Assembly (NCBI GenBank): GCA_963755915.1
Contig: CAVWLP010000002.1
Span: forward strand, 4,800,001 to 4,864,000
Direction of reading: 5' to 3'
Source: an uncultured Phycisphaerales bacterium
GTDB lineage: Bacteria > Planctomycetota > Phycisphaerae > Tepidisphaerales > Tepidisphaeraceae
Length of the DNA stretch: 64,000 nucleotides
In this document: piece after piece, positions 19,291 to 28,775 of the stretch
How the letters are laid out: each line of letters opens with the position of its first letter
Position numbering within the stretch: the first letter of the stretch is position 1
Made by a program: the position numbers and the translations under genes
The notes under the pieces: model-generated
Told to the model about the DNA's origin: nothing
Databases searched by the model: none
What the model saw: only the letters and a program-made list of their open reading frames with translations

Positions 19291-19875
19291 GGGCAATCGC
19301 ATGTGAGTCGAATGAATGCGAAAGACGCCAGCCTAAGTTTCCAAGGGAAGATTGCCGCCGCATACAAAGCTGACGGGCCGACACTTTTTCGGATGTGGTG
19401 GCCGAAAGGCGCTCGCTAAAAGGCGAAATGCAAATGCAATGCAGGGGAGGCGGGAGACAACCATAAGGCCCCAAGCTTTTCTCCCGTCTCCCCCGCACCC
19501 CCTCCACCCACTTTGGCTTCCCCTAACCGTCCGACGCAAAAAAATACCCAGGCGTTTTGCGATGAATTGGCGCACCTTGTCCACGTGGAAGTTGGGGCAC
19601 ACGATTGCTGAAATACCGCCGCGCACGCATTTTGTTTGGGGGAGGGTTGAGGGGAAGGGGAGCGGGGAGGGTGCGGGAGGGGCGAGGGGGAAACTTTTGG
19701 CGCCCCCGCGCAACTCATCTCGTTTGGTTCCCCCTCGCCCCGCCCGCATTGCATTTGCATTTCGCCTTTAAGCGAGCGCCCCATGGCCAAGGAACCAGAA
19801 ATGTGTCGAACCGCCAGGCCTGGGGACTGCGATCCGCGTTTCAGGGGAAGAAAAAAGCGGGACACACGATTGCCC
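19291..19875. repeat. Giant imperfect inverted repeat (~585 bp)
   Basis: 35-bp core with one mismatch (19408-19442 vs 19746-19780), further collinear complementary blocks, and central palindrome TCCACGTGGA (19580-19589). Confidence 0.8.
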
Positions 19876-19880
19876 TGAAT

Positions 19881-21946
19881 TCACCGCCGATTCAAACACC
19901 AGTTGCGCCAGGCCTGTCGATAAGCATTCTCCACATCGACCGCGAATCGCTTCGCGTCCATCAGCGGCGAGGATTTCATCCGCTCGCGCAGCGTCCGCCG
20001 CAATTCGACCAGCCGGGATCGGTCGGCCGCCAGGTCGGCGGCTATCTGAACGTATTGCCCAGGATCGTGCGCGATCAATTCCGGCAAACTCAGATTTGAG
20101 AGAATGCTCCGCCCGCCGCGACCGACGGACGTTTTGCCGGAGAGCGTAACCAGCGGCACCCCCATGAAAAGCGTGTCGCAAGACGTAATGCCGCCGTTGT
20201 AGGGGAATGGATCCAGCGCGATGTCGATGCGCGAGTAGGTCTTCAAATAAGGTTCCCACTGCTGACGTCCGATGAATTCCACCCGGCCGGGTCCGACGCC
20301 GTTGTCTTCCAGCCGCTTTCTGAAATCCTCCAGATATTCGCCCGCCCGGGCATGGATGATCATGCGCGAGCCGGGAACGCGCTGAAGGATCTGGTTCCAA
20401 AGCTGGATGGTTGCTCCGCTCACTTTTGAAAACTGGTTCAGACAGCCGAAGGTGACGAAGCCGTTGGTTTCGCAGGGCGGCGACGAGACGTCGATCATCG
20501 CGCCGCCCGGCTCGTAGCACCAGTAAGTGCGGGGCAGGCGGATGGTTTGCTCCGAGTAGTCGGCCAGATCGGAGCCGGGCGGATCGAGGTGAGGATCGGA
20601 AAAGCGGTAATGCATCGCCTGCACGCCCGAGGTGCTGCAGTAGGCCAGGTAAGTGATCTGCACCGGCGCGGGCTCCATCGCGAAAGTGACCAGACGGCTG
20701 TCGGCAGTGTGCAGGGAAAGATCGACGAGCACATCGATCTCGTCGCGCCGGATCTGCTCGGCAAGGGCCTCGTATTTCAGCGATGTCACATCGCGCCAGC
20801 AATCGACGTGGGCGCGTAACTTTTCGGTGGTGCTGTCGCTGCCGTAGACCGCGGTGTGATAGCAGAAAATCTCGAAATTCCTGCGGTCGTGGCAGCGCAG
20901 CAGGGGCAGAAGATTCCATCCCACGACGTGGGCCCGAAGGTCGGATGAGACATAGCCGATTTTCAGCCGCCGGTCCGGATCGGGAGAATTGCCGTGCGGG
21001 CGGATCATCGAGCGGACCGGTTGCCCATGAACCTCATCCCATCGGCGGCACTCCCGCAGAATGTCGGCGGCAGTGGAGCCCTCGTAAAAGCACATCGCGA
21101 AAATCACGTTGCTGTGGGCGAGGGGATCGGCGGGTGTCAGCTCCATCGCCCGGCGGCCCACAGCAATCGACTCCTCGAGATGCGCCATCCGCAGCAGCGT
21201 CACGCTGAGATTTGCGTGGGCATGGGCGAAATCCGGGCCCAATCTGATCGCCTCGCGATAGGCTGCCAGCGCACCGTCCATATTCCCCTTGGCGCAGAGA
21301 ATGTTCCCGGCATTGCTGTAGGGAATCGGGGAGCCGGGCATCAGTTCCGCATCGCGCTTGCAGGCGGCAAGGGCTTCATCCAAGCGCCCGAGGCGTGCCA
21401 GGGTTATGGAGAGTTCGCTGTTGATCTCGGCATCGTTGGGCTGGATTTTCAGCGCTCCCCGGGCGGCATCGACGGCTTCGGAAAGCCGGCCGAGCTTGGG
21501 GAGAATCCGGGCGAGGTTATGGAGGCTTTCAAAGAGATCCGGCTTGATTTTGAGCGATTGCTGATAGGCCTCGACGGCGCCTTCAAGCCGGCCTGTTGCT
21601 GCAAGCGCCAGGCCGAGGTTGAACCAGGCCTCTGCATAGTCGGGATTCAGGGCCACGGCCCGCCGATAGCATTCCGCCGCCTCGCCGTGACGATTCTGCC
21701 GCCGACGATGACACCCAGGTTGACAAAATAATCCGCGCTATTGGGGTTAAGCGAGATGGCCTTGCGGACGAGTTCCTCGGCCTCTTGCGGACGGTTGGTC
21801 TGATGGGCCACGGACCCGAGAAGAAACAACGTGCCGGCGGAGTTGGGTTCCTTGACCAGAATCCGCCGATAGATTTTCTCCGCCTCGGCGAAGTTGCCGG
21901 ACCGATGCAGCTCTATCGCGCGTGCCTGGTCGTCGCTGGTGGCCAT
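19881..21946 (-). CDS. TPR-containing O-GlcNAc transferase / SPINDLY-like (GT41), frameshift near 21660-21700
   Basis: TPRs, then RRLKIGYVSSDLRAHVV, DEIDVLVDL, PAPVQITYLAY, TFGCLN, DIALDPFPYNGGITSCD. Confidence 0.9.
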
Positions 21947-21971
21947 TGCCCGCGATTATAAGCTAGACGGG

Positions 21972-22262
21972 TCAGGCCTGAATGGACTGCGTCTCGTCGG
22001 TGGGCCACCACCAGCCGAGGTTTGGATCGTGCCCGACAGAGATTTTAATCCCCAGCCAGGCCGCGCAAACCGCGGCGGCGTGATGCGCCTGCTGCGGAGA
22101 ATCAAACACCTGCTCAATATTCCGGTGATTCTTGGGATTCCCCCACGCTCTGAGGAAATTGCCAACGGTGTGAAGATTCAGCATCCGCTGAAGCGGCAGC
22201 GCGATTTCGGACCGCATGATGTCCATTAGAGGTAAATCGAGGATTGGATTACGGGCGGACAT
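21972..22262 (-). CDS. Hypothetical protein (96 aa)
   Basis: Strong SD AAGGAGG and plausible composition. Confidence 0.65.
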   Translation of the reverse strand: MSARNPILDLPLMDIMRSEIALPLQRMLNLHTVGNFLRAWGNPKNHRNIEQVFDSPQQAHHAAAVCAAWLGIKISVGHDPNLGWWWPTDETQSIQA

Positions 22263-22400
22263 AGGGCCTCCTTACCCGGTTTTTTTAATTTTCCCTGCAT
22301 CCCTTGCGGGGAAAATGGCGGCTTTTAAGCCAACGGCCCAAAATTAACCTGCTCATCGACAAAGTCAACCCGCCGGGGCGAAAGAACCGGACAAAAAATT

Positions 22401-24002
22401 TTAAAGTTTTCGATTTCGCTGGCGGAAGTTTGCTGCGGTAAACAAAAAGATCGCCGCGATCAGCACCACCGCGAATCCCAGGCCGGGGTAGAGGCCGTGG
22501 GAAATCGTGGCCAGCGTCGGGTCGGAATCCGAATTGAATCGGCACATGATCTCGATCAGCATCGCGCAGGAGGAAAGACAGATCACCACACCCAGCAGCG
22601 TCATCCCCAGCCCAAGCGGGATCAGCAATGGAAACAAAGCCGCCCCCCAGAGCAGATAGCGATTATTCAAATACGGCAGAATTGAAAAGAAAAGCACCCA
22701 CGGAGCGTAGAGCGCCAACAGAAATCGCGGGCTGCGGCGCCGCCACTGGACCGCGGCCGCGACGGCGCAAAGCAGCAGACACACAGCGTAGGTCTCGCTC
22801 AGGAACCATCGCAGGTCGATTTCAACCCAGTGGCCGGGGGCGATGGGAAGATCAACCGGGCTCTCCGCTTCCCAGCCCCATTGCTCGTGCAAGATCGCGG
22901 GGAGATTGCCGGTGCCAACCGTGGCGATTTCAGGGTGTTTGATCGGTCCATACTCGAAAGGCAATATGAACCAGGACATATCGCCACTGAGGAGTTTCGG
23001 GGTGAGCCAGACCGGGATTATGAAGATTGCGCAAGCGAGAAGCTGAAAGATTGGGCTGCGCCATCGGCGGCGGTAGATGAGCAGCCCGATGGCGACCACA
23101 GCACCTGAGGAGACGAAGATGAAGTCGCCTTTGCCGGTGAGTGTCCAGGGGATGGCGATGACCGTCATCGCCATCGCCAGGCCGAAAACAACGCGGGCGG
23201 CACTGAGCCATCGCGCCGAAAAAAGCGGCCAGAGCAGAAAGATCGGACCGACGAACAGAATCTGCCCCTTCAGCATCGCCCCAATTCCCAGCATCAGCCC
23301 AGCGGTAAACCACCAGTCGCGCATCGAGAAGTAGAGTGCGAAGACAAAGAACGGCAGAATCCAGCAATCCCATTGCGGCCAGCAGTCATTAAGAATGAGA
23401 GAGGGATTAAACCAGACCAGCAGCGCCGCGATGGCCAACGGCACATAGCGGCCCAAAATGTCGCGAAACCGCGTTGATTCCGCGGCCCCGCCTCTGGCGA
23501 TTTTTCGCATCAGACGCAGGACCATCACCACGCCGACCGCAGCCGCAGCCTCGCACGCGGCGTTTACCATCAGGATGGGACGATGGAACGCATAGCTCTT
23601 GTCCGGGTCCCACTGATCCGACGCGTCGAAGTGCTCGTTTACCCAGTGCGCCCAGATTGTGGCGATCGTGAGGCGAAGGGGTGTGTAATCCAGGCCATAT
23701 TCCATCGGGGGCTGATCGCCGTAGTCGGCGCGAATCTGGCGATAGCGTTTGAAGAGTCCCACGTTGTCCGAATCGCTTCCCCAGGTGTAGGCATGGGTGG
23801 CATCCCCGATGAAATGCATGTTGATCGTCTCTTCCCACGCCCAGCGGCGAAGCTGAATCCCCGCCTTAAAGACGCAGGCGGAAACGACCAGAAGCGCCAC
23901 CCAGCCGGCAATGCCCAAAAGCAGGCGCTGCCACTGCATGCCCGGCGCGGCAGTCGGCAGGTCCTCTTTTACTTCGGTGGACATCGAAGTTTCTGAAGCC
24001 AT
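22401..24002 (-). CDS. Polytopic membrane protein, GT-C fold (mannosyltransferase-like)
   Basis: LDYTP, WFNP.LIL...W.QWD, MLKGQ and RYLL motifs; more than 10 TM segments. Confidence 0.65.
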   Translation of the reverse strand: MASETSMSTEVKEDLPTAAPGMQWQRLLLGIAGWVALLVVSACVFKAGIQLRRWAWEETINMHFIGDATHAYTWGSDSDNVGLFKRYRQIRADYGDQPPMEYGLDYTPLRLTIATIWAHWVNEHFDASDQWDPDKSYAFHRPILMVNAACEAAAAVGVVMVLRLMRKIARGGAAESTRFRDILGRYVPLAIAALLVWFNPSLILNDCWPQWDCWILPFFVFALYFSMRDWWFTAGLMLGIGAMLKGQILFVGPIFLLWPLFSARWLSAARVVFGLAMAMTVIAIPWTLTGKGDFIFVSSGAVVAIGLLIYRRRWRSPIFQLLACAIFIIPVWLTPKLLSGDMSWFILPFEYGPIKHPEIATVGTGNLPAILHEQWGWEAESPVDLPIAPGHWVEIDLRWFLSETYAVCLLLCAVAAAVQWRRRSPRFLLALYAPWVLFFSILPYLNNRYLLWGAALFPLLIPLGLGMTLLGVVICLSSCAMLIEIMCRFNSDSDPTLATISHGLYPGLGFAVVLIAAIFLFTAANFRQRNRKL

Positions 24003-24050
24003 TCGATCCCCCCATGAGTGTGCCTCGCAATTGGGCCGCAGGCAAGCCGC

Positions 24051-24079
24051 TTGACACTCCACCGCCGGGGTTCTACTTT
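24051..24079 (+). promoter_or_regulatory. Sigma70-type promoter of purA
   Basis: TTGACA-17 nt-TACTTT. Confidence 0.55.
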
Positions 24080-24126
24080 CGGACTGGTATTGGGGGGGTC
24101 CATTTGTTTGGAAGGGCATTGGCGAC

Positions 24127-25422
24127 GTGATTCCACTGCAAGAGCAAAATGTGTGCGTCATCGGTCTGCAATGGGGCGATGAAGGCAAGGGCAAGATCGT
24201 CGATTTTCTGGCCGAGCGGGCCGACGTCGTCGTCCGCTATTGCGGCGGCGCCAACGCCGGCCATACCGTTCGCATCGGCGCCGAGAAATATTCCACCCAT
24301 CTGCTGCCGGTCGGCGTCCTTCGGCCGGGGAAGATGAACATCATCGGCAACGGCGTCGTCATCGACCCGGCGGCGCTATTCCGTGAAATCGACGAGCTGG
24401 CCGCACGCGGAATCGCGGTAACCCCGGCAAACCTGCGCATCAGCTATAAGGCCCACCTCGTGATGCCCTATCACATGCTGGAGGATGCCGCCCGCGAGCA
24501 AAGCTCGGAAGGCTCCGCCATCGGCACCACCCGGCGGGGAATCGGGCCCTCCTACGCCGACAAAATGCAGCGCTCAACCGCCCTTCGCATCGCCGATCTT
24601 CAGGACGAGCAGAGGCTTAAAAGTCGCATTTCCCAGGTCGTGATCGAGCGCACCAAGGTCTTGCGCGCTCTATACGATCTACCGCCCATCGAATGGAAGC
24701 CGATTTTCGAACAATACCGCGATTTTGGCCGGCGGATCGCACCCTTCGTCGACGATTCGACGTTTCTACTCCTGCAATATGCCGGCGAAGGCAAGCGAAT
24801 CGTATTTGAAGGGGCCCATGCGACGCTCCTGGACGTGGATCACGGAACGTATCCTTACGTCACCAGCAGCAATTGCTCCGGGCTGGGCGTCTATACCGGC
24901 GCGGGAGTTCCGCCGCAGATGGTCCAGAATTTTCAGGGGGTGATTAAGGCCTACAGCACCCGCGTCGGAGGCGGTCCCTTCCCCACCGAGCAGGACAACA
25001 ACATCGGCAGCTATATCCGCGAGCGCGGCAACGAATATGGCACCACCACCCGCCGCCCGCGCCGCTGCGGATGGTTTGACGCCGTCGCGGCGCGGTATTC
25101 AGTCGATTTGTGCGGGGTCTCCGCTGCCGCGATCACCCTCCTGGACGTCCTCTCCGGCCTGGATCATGTTCAAATTTGCACCAGCTACAAATACCGCGGC
25201 GCGCGATTGCCGAATTTTCGCGCAGATATGGGCGTCCTCGCCGAAGTCGAGCCGGTATACGAAACGCTGCCAGGTTGGCGGGGCAACATCTCCGGATGCC
25301 GCAACTTTGCCGAGCTCCCCATCGAAGCACAGCAATACGTCAAGCGGATCGAGCAGCTCGTCGACGCGCCCATCAACATGGTCAGCGTCGGGCCCGAGCG
25401 CTCCGCAATCCTCATGCGCTAA
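24127..25422 (+). CDS. purA: Adenylosuccinate synthetase
   Basis: QWGDEGKGKIVD, GGANAGHT, GTTRRGIGPSY.DK, GTYPYVTSS, EYGTTTRRPRRCGWFD. Confidence 0.98.
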   Translation: MIPLQEQNVCVIGLQWGDEGKGKIVDFLAERADVVVRYCGGANAGHTVRIGAEKYSTHLLPVGVLRPGKMNIIGNGVVIDPAALFREIDELAARGIAVTPANLRISYKAHLVMPYHMLEDAAREQSSEGSAIGTTRRGIGPSYADKMQRSTALRIADLQDEQRLKSRISQVVIERTKVLRALYDLPPIEWKPIFEQYRDFGRRIAPFVDDSTFLLLQYAGEGKRIVFEGAHATLLDVDHGTYPYVTSSNCSGLGVYTGAGVPPQMVQNFQGVIKAYSTRVGGGPFPTEQDNNIGSYIRERGNEYGTTTRRPRRCGWFDAVAARYSVDLCGVSAAAITLLDVLSGLDHVQICTSYKYRGARLPNFRADMGVLAEVEPVYETLPGWRGNISGCRNFAELPIEAQQYVKRIEQLVDAPINMVSVGPERSAILMR

Positions 25423-25590
25423 CGCAAGAGGATGGGCGCATCTAATTTAAAAAATTTTAATAGCCAAATCTCAATTTTTAGTTTCGCAAAAAGTTTGCTT
25501 CCGTGGATACTATGGCTGCTGTAGAAACGGGACCGGAGCCGATGGAAGTTGGAGTCGGGAATCGGTTTCCTGCACGTGGGTGACGTGCGC

Positions 25591-26250
25591 ATGGATGCGA
25601 CAATGCCTTTGCAACCGGACCTTCGCAAGCGACTTGAAAAGGTTCTAAGCACCCTTGACGACCAGGGAACGCTTGGGCCCAGACTGCGCGGAGATGCCGC
25701 GCGCCTGTGGCGGCGTATTTCCAAGTGGCTCTCCATGAACCTCATCAGCTCCGGCGCCGAGATCGACGCCCTTGAACTCGCCTGCTACGCGCTTCAGCTT
25801 CCCCCCCGCCAGGGCCGCGGGGTCATGCCCGGCCGCCTCGGCCGCACCAATCTCCGCGAACGCTGCGAGCAAGCCGCCGAACTGCTCGTGAGCCTGATGG
25901 GCTCTGACATCGAAGAGGGCCTGCTCGACCGCACCACCCGCCTGCTGCACGAGGTCACCCAGCGGCTGCCGGTCCTAGACGAAGCCAAAATCCTCGCCGA
26001 CGCCCTCAACCTCGAAGATTTCGGCATCATCGGCCTGGTGCTTCAAACCATCCAGCTCGGCTTGCAGGGCGAAGGCGTTAACGACCTCTCCGATGCCCTG
26101 GAAAAGCGCGAAGAATACGGCTATTGGGAAGCCCGCCTGAAAGACGGCTTCCATTTCGAGCAAATCCGCGTGATCGCAAACAAGCGTTTGGCAAGCACCC
26201 GCCGGGTGGCGAAGATACTTGGCGATGAGCTTAAGGAAGATCAGCCGTAA
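25591..26250 (+). CDS. Degenerate HD-domain-like helical protein
   Basis: EAKILADALNLEDFGIIG resembles the HD-fold C-terminal motif; no HD dyad is visible. Confidence 0.55.
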   Translation: MDATMPLQPDLRKRLEKVLSTLDDQGTLGPRLRGDAARLWRRISKWLSMNLISSGAEIDALELACYALQLPPRQGRGVMPGRLGRTNLRERCEQAAELLVSLMGSDIEEGLLDRTTRLLHEVTQRLPVLDEAKILADALNLEDFGIIGLVLQTIQLGLQGEGVNDLSDALEKREEYGYWEARLKDGFHFEQIRVIANKRLASTRRVAKILGDELKEDQP

Positions 26251-27529
26251 GATGATCGCCGCGGCGTGGGTGGCGCCGATGACCGGTCCGCTGATCCGCG
26301 ATGGCGCGATTGTTTTCAGCGCCGGTCGCGTGGAGGCGGTAGGAACGGCCGGTGGACTTCGAGAAAAATATCCCGATGCGGAAATTGTCGAGCTGGGCGA
26401 TGCCATCGTTCTGCCCGGGCTGGTGAATGCCCATACGCATCTGGAGCTAAGCCATATTCGTTGCGGGGATTCATCCGGGGGCCACCTGGCCGACTGGATT
26501 GTCAAAAGCGTAATGCCGCAAGCGACGAAGGATCCCGTCGAGATTGCGGTGCAGGAAGGCGTTAGGCAATGCCTGAGATTTGGGGTGACCAGTGTCGGGG
26601 ACATCACCAAGCAATGCGTCCCAACAAGAGCCGCCCTTCGCGACGGCCCGCTCCGCGTCGTCAGCTTTGGAGAAATCCAGGCAATGGCAAAACGCCGCGG
26701 ACTCCTGGAAGAGCGTTTCGCCAAGGCGGCCGACACATCGAGTGAATCCCAGTGGCTCCGCGTCGGAATCTCCCCCCACGCCCCCTACACGGTGGAAGCC
26801 CAGGGCTACCGCCGCTGTCTCGCCTTCGCGAAATCCCAGAATCGTCCCCTGGCGACGCATCTTGCCGAGACCGCCGAAGAAAACGAGTTTCTCACAGCGC
26901 ACACCGGACCATTCCGAAAACTCTGGGAAACCGGCGTAAATGCCTGGAGCGACGACGTCCCGCAATTTTCCGGCGGCCCAATCCGCTTCGCGCGCGAAGC
27001 TGGCCTGCTTGACTATCCCTCCCTTCTCGCTCACGTGAATTATTGCGATGACGGGGAAATGGATATTCTCACCGCCGGCAAAGCCAGCGTCGTCTTTTGC
27101 CCCCGCACCCACGAATTCTTCGGCCATCCCCCCCACCGCTGGCGCGAGATGCTGAAACGCGGCATCAACGTCGCCGTGGGAACCGACAGTTGTGCCAGTT
27201 CGCCGGACTTAAATATTGTCGACGATCTTCGCCTGCTGCATCGGCTATATCCGGAGGAACCCGCGATGTTATTGTGGGAAATGGCCACGGTCCGCGCGGC
27301 GCGGGCGATCAGGATGAATGATACCCCCTCTTCCCCCTCTCCCGGTACTCCGGGAGAGGGTTGGGGTGAGGGCCGTGGAGACATTTCCGTAGGGATAATT
27401 CGCCCGGCCGCGGCAGCAGATTTCGCCGTATTCAAATGCTCGAGTGATGATCCCCTGATGGAGATTCTGGAAACCGATGTCCTTCCCGCTTCGATCTGGA
27501 TTGAAGGGAAAAGGACACAGCCGGCGTAG
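26225..27529 (+). CDS. Amidohydrolase family protein (TRZ/ATZ deaminase-like)
   Basis: LPGLVNAHTHLE, SPHAPYTV, THLAET..E, VAVGTDS. Confidence 0.9.
   Translation: MSLRKISRKMIAAAWVAPMTGPLIRDGAIVFSAGRVEAVGTAGGLREKYPDAEIVELGDAIVLPGLVNAHTHLELSHIRCGDSSGGHLADWIVKSVMPQATKDPVEIAVQEGVRQCLRFGVTSVGDITKQCVPTRAALRDGPLRVVSFGEIQAMAKRRGLLEERFAKAADTSSESQWLRVGISPHAPYTVEAQGYRRCLAFAKSQNRPLATHLAETAEENEFLTAHTGPFRKLWETGVNAWSDDVPQFSGGPIRFAREAGLLDYPSLLAHVNYCDDGEMDILTAGKASVVFCPRTHEFFGHPPHRWREMLKRGINVAVGTDSCASSPDLNIVDDLRLLHRLYPEEPAMLLWEMATVRAARAIRMNDTPSSPSPGTPGEGWGEGRGDISVGIIRPAAAADFAVFKCSSDDPLMEILETDVLPASIWIEGKRTQPA
27333..27373. repeat. REP-like palindrome inside the amidohydrolase CDS
   Basis: CCCTCTCCCGGTACTCCGGGAGAGGGTTGGGGTGAGGG. 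Confidence 0.85.
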
Positions 27530-27545
27530 CGTTATCTCTTTCGCT

Positions 27546-27586
27546 GCCCTCACCCCAACCCTCTCCCGGAGTACCGGGCGAGGGGG
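27546..27586. repeat. REP-like palindrome, inverted copy (intergenic)
   Basis: Reverse complement of the 27333 copy with about one mismatch. Confidence 0.85.
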
Positions 27587-27602
27587 CAAGAGGCGAATGC
27601 GC

Positions 27603-28211
27603 TTACGTTCCGCCCGTTCCCGACTGCTTCGCCCGCGTAATCGCTCCCCGCAGCCGTTCCAGCACTTCCTTCGGCTTGGCGACTGTTTGCCACACCGCCG
27701 TAGGTATCGCCTCATCGTGGGGAATAATTTCGATTGATCCAACCCCCACAAGTTTTTCCCGCGAAACGGAGACCATTCGCGCCCGCACCACTTTCCGCAG
27801 CGGGCAATCAAAGATGTCGACGCTAAAGACCCCGCGGATGCGCAGCACGCGCTGATCGGTCAGAATGTAAATCCGCCCCATCCATTGAAGCACCGCCCAC
27901 ATCAATCGTCCGCCGATGACAAACATCGCCGACTCGAAATAAAAGTTATCCCGGGCATGCCGATCGACCAATGCCAGCGCGATCGCGGCAACCGCGATGC
28001 CCGCCGCAAAGGCGATCGACTCAAAGACAATGAACCACAGCGACGGCTTGATGATCATGATGATCAGCTCCCCGTCGCGGAGAATATGCGAGCCCAGAAG
28101 CGCCCCCAGCGACGTCGTGCGTGCCGGCGCAACCACCGCCCCCGGAGCGGCGGCGGCCGCCGCTTCGGCGGGATGGGCAGCAGGCGCAGAGTGGGGACCA
28201 ATCAGGTTCAT
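27603..28211 (-). CDS. Membrane protein with bacterial PH domain (bPH_2-like)
   Basis: Two TM helices, then YILTDQRVLRIRGVF and GVGSI.I. Confidence 0.75.
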   Translation of the reverse strand: MNLIGPHSAPAAHPAEAAAAAAPGAVVAPARTTSLGALLGSHILRDGELIIMIIKPSLWFIVFESIAFAAGIAVAAIALALVDRHARDNFYFESAMFVIGGRLMWAVLQWMGRIYILTDQRVLRIRGVFSVDIFDCPLRKVVRARMVSVSREKLVGVGSIEIIPHDEAIPTAVWQTVAKPKEVLERLRGAITRAKQSGTGGT

Positions 28212-28774
28212 GGCATATGCATCGGATTTTTTAGCGTCACGATGTCAGGCAGATTCCGGTAATAATCATTGTAATCCAGCCCATACCCGACGACGAATTT
28301 GTCCGGGATTTCAAATCCAACGTAATCCACATGTACCGCGTGCGCCGTCGGCCGGTCTTTGCGCAGCAGCACGCAGCTCTTCACGCTGGCCGCCCCCATT
28401 TCCCGCAGCGCGGGGACAACCAGGTGCAGCGTCCCCCCGCTGTCCAGAATGTCGTCCACGACCAGGACGTGCCGACCTTCAATGTTGCCCACCTGGTTCG
28501 CCAGCAACTGTGATCCGCGCGACTGGACGCTTCGCCCCGGATAGCTGGCAACCGTCATTAACCCGATCTTCATCGCCATCGGGATCTTCCGGATCAGATC
28601 GCTCGCGAAGATGATCGCCCCCGTCATGATCGGCACGATGGTAATCTCCGCATCCGCGAGCCCCGCCGCGACATGGTCTTCGGTAATCCGCAAGGCCAGT
28701 TCCCCCACCCGCATCGCAATTTTCTCTTGCGGGATCAGAACCTGATCGGTTGCCGAATTCACGGAATTGGGCAT
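28208..28774 (-). CDS. hpt: Hypoxanthine phosphoribosyltransferase
   Basis: PRPP motif VLVVDDILDSGGTL; DYVGFEIPDKFVVGYGLDY...YRNLP. Confidence 0.95.
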   Translation of the reverse strand: MPNSVNSATDQVLIPQEKIAMRVGELALRITEDHVAAGLADAEITIVPIMTGAIIFASDLIRKIPMAMKIGLMTVASYPGRSVQSRGSQLLANQVGNIEGRHVLVVDDILDSGGTLHLVVPALREMGAASVKSCVLLRKDRPTAHAVHVDYVGFEIPDKFVVGYGLDYNDYYRNLPDIVTLKNPMHMP

Positions 28775-28775
28775 A

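Noticed and set aside
19274-20099. ORFs within the giant inverted repeat
   Set aside because: Low-complexity translations that mirror each other on both strands (LHLHFAF) because of the repeat, with no RBS.
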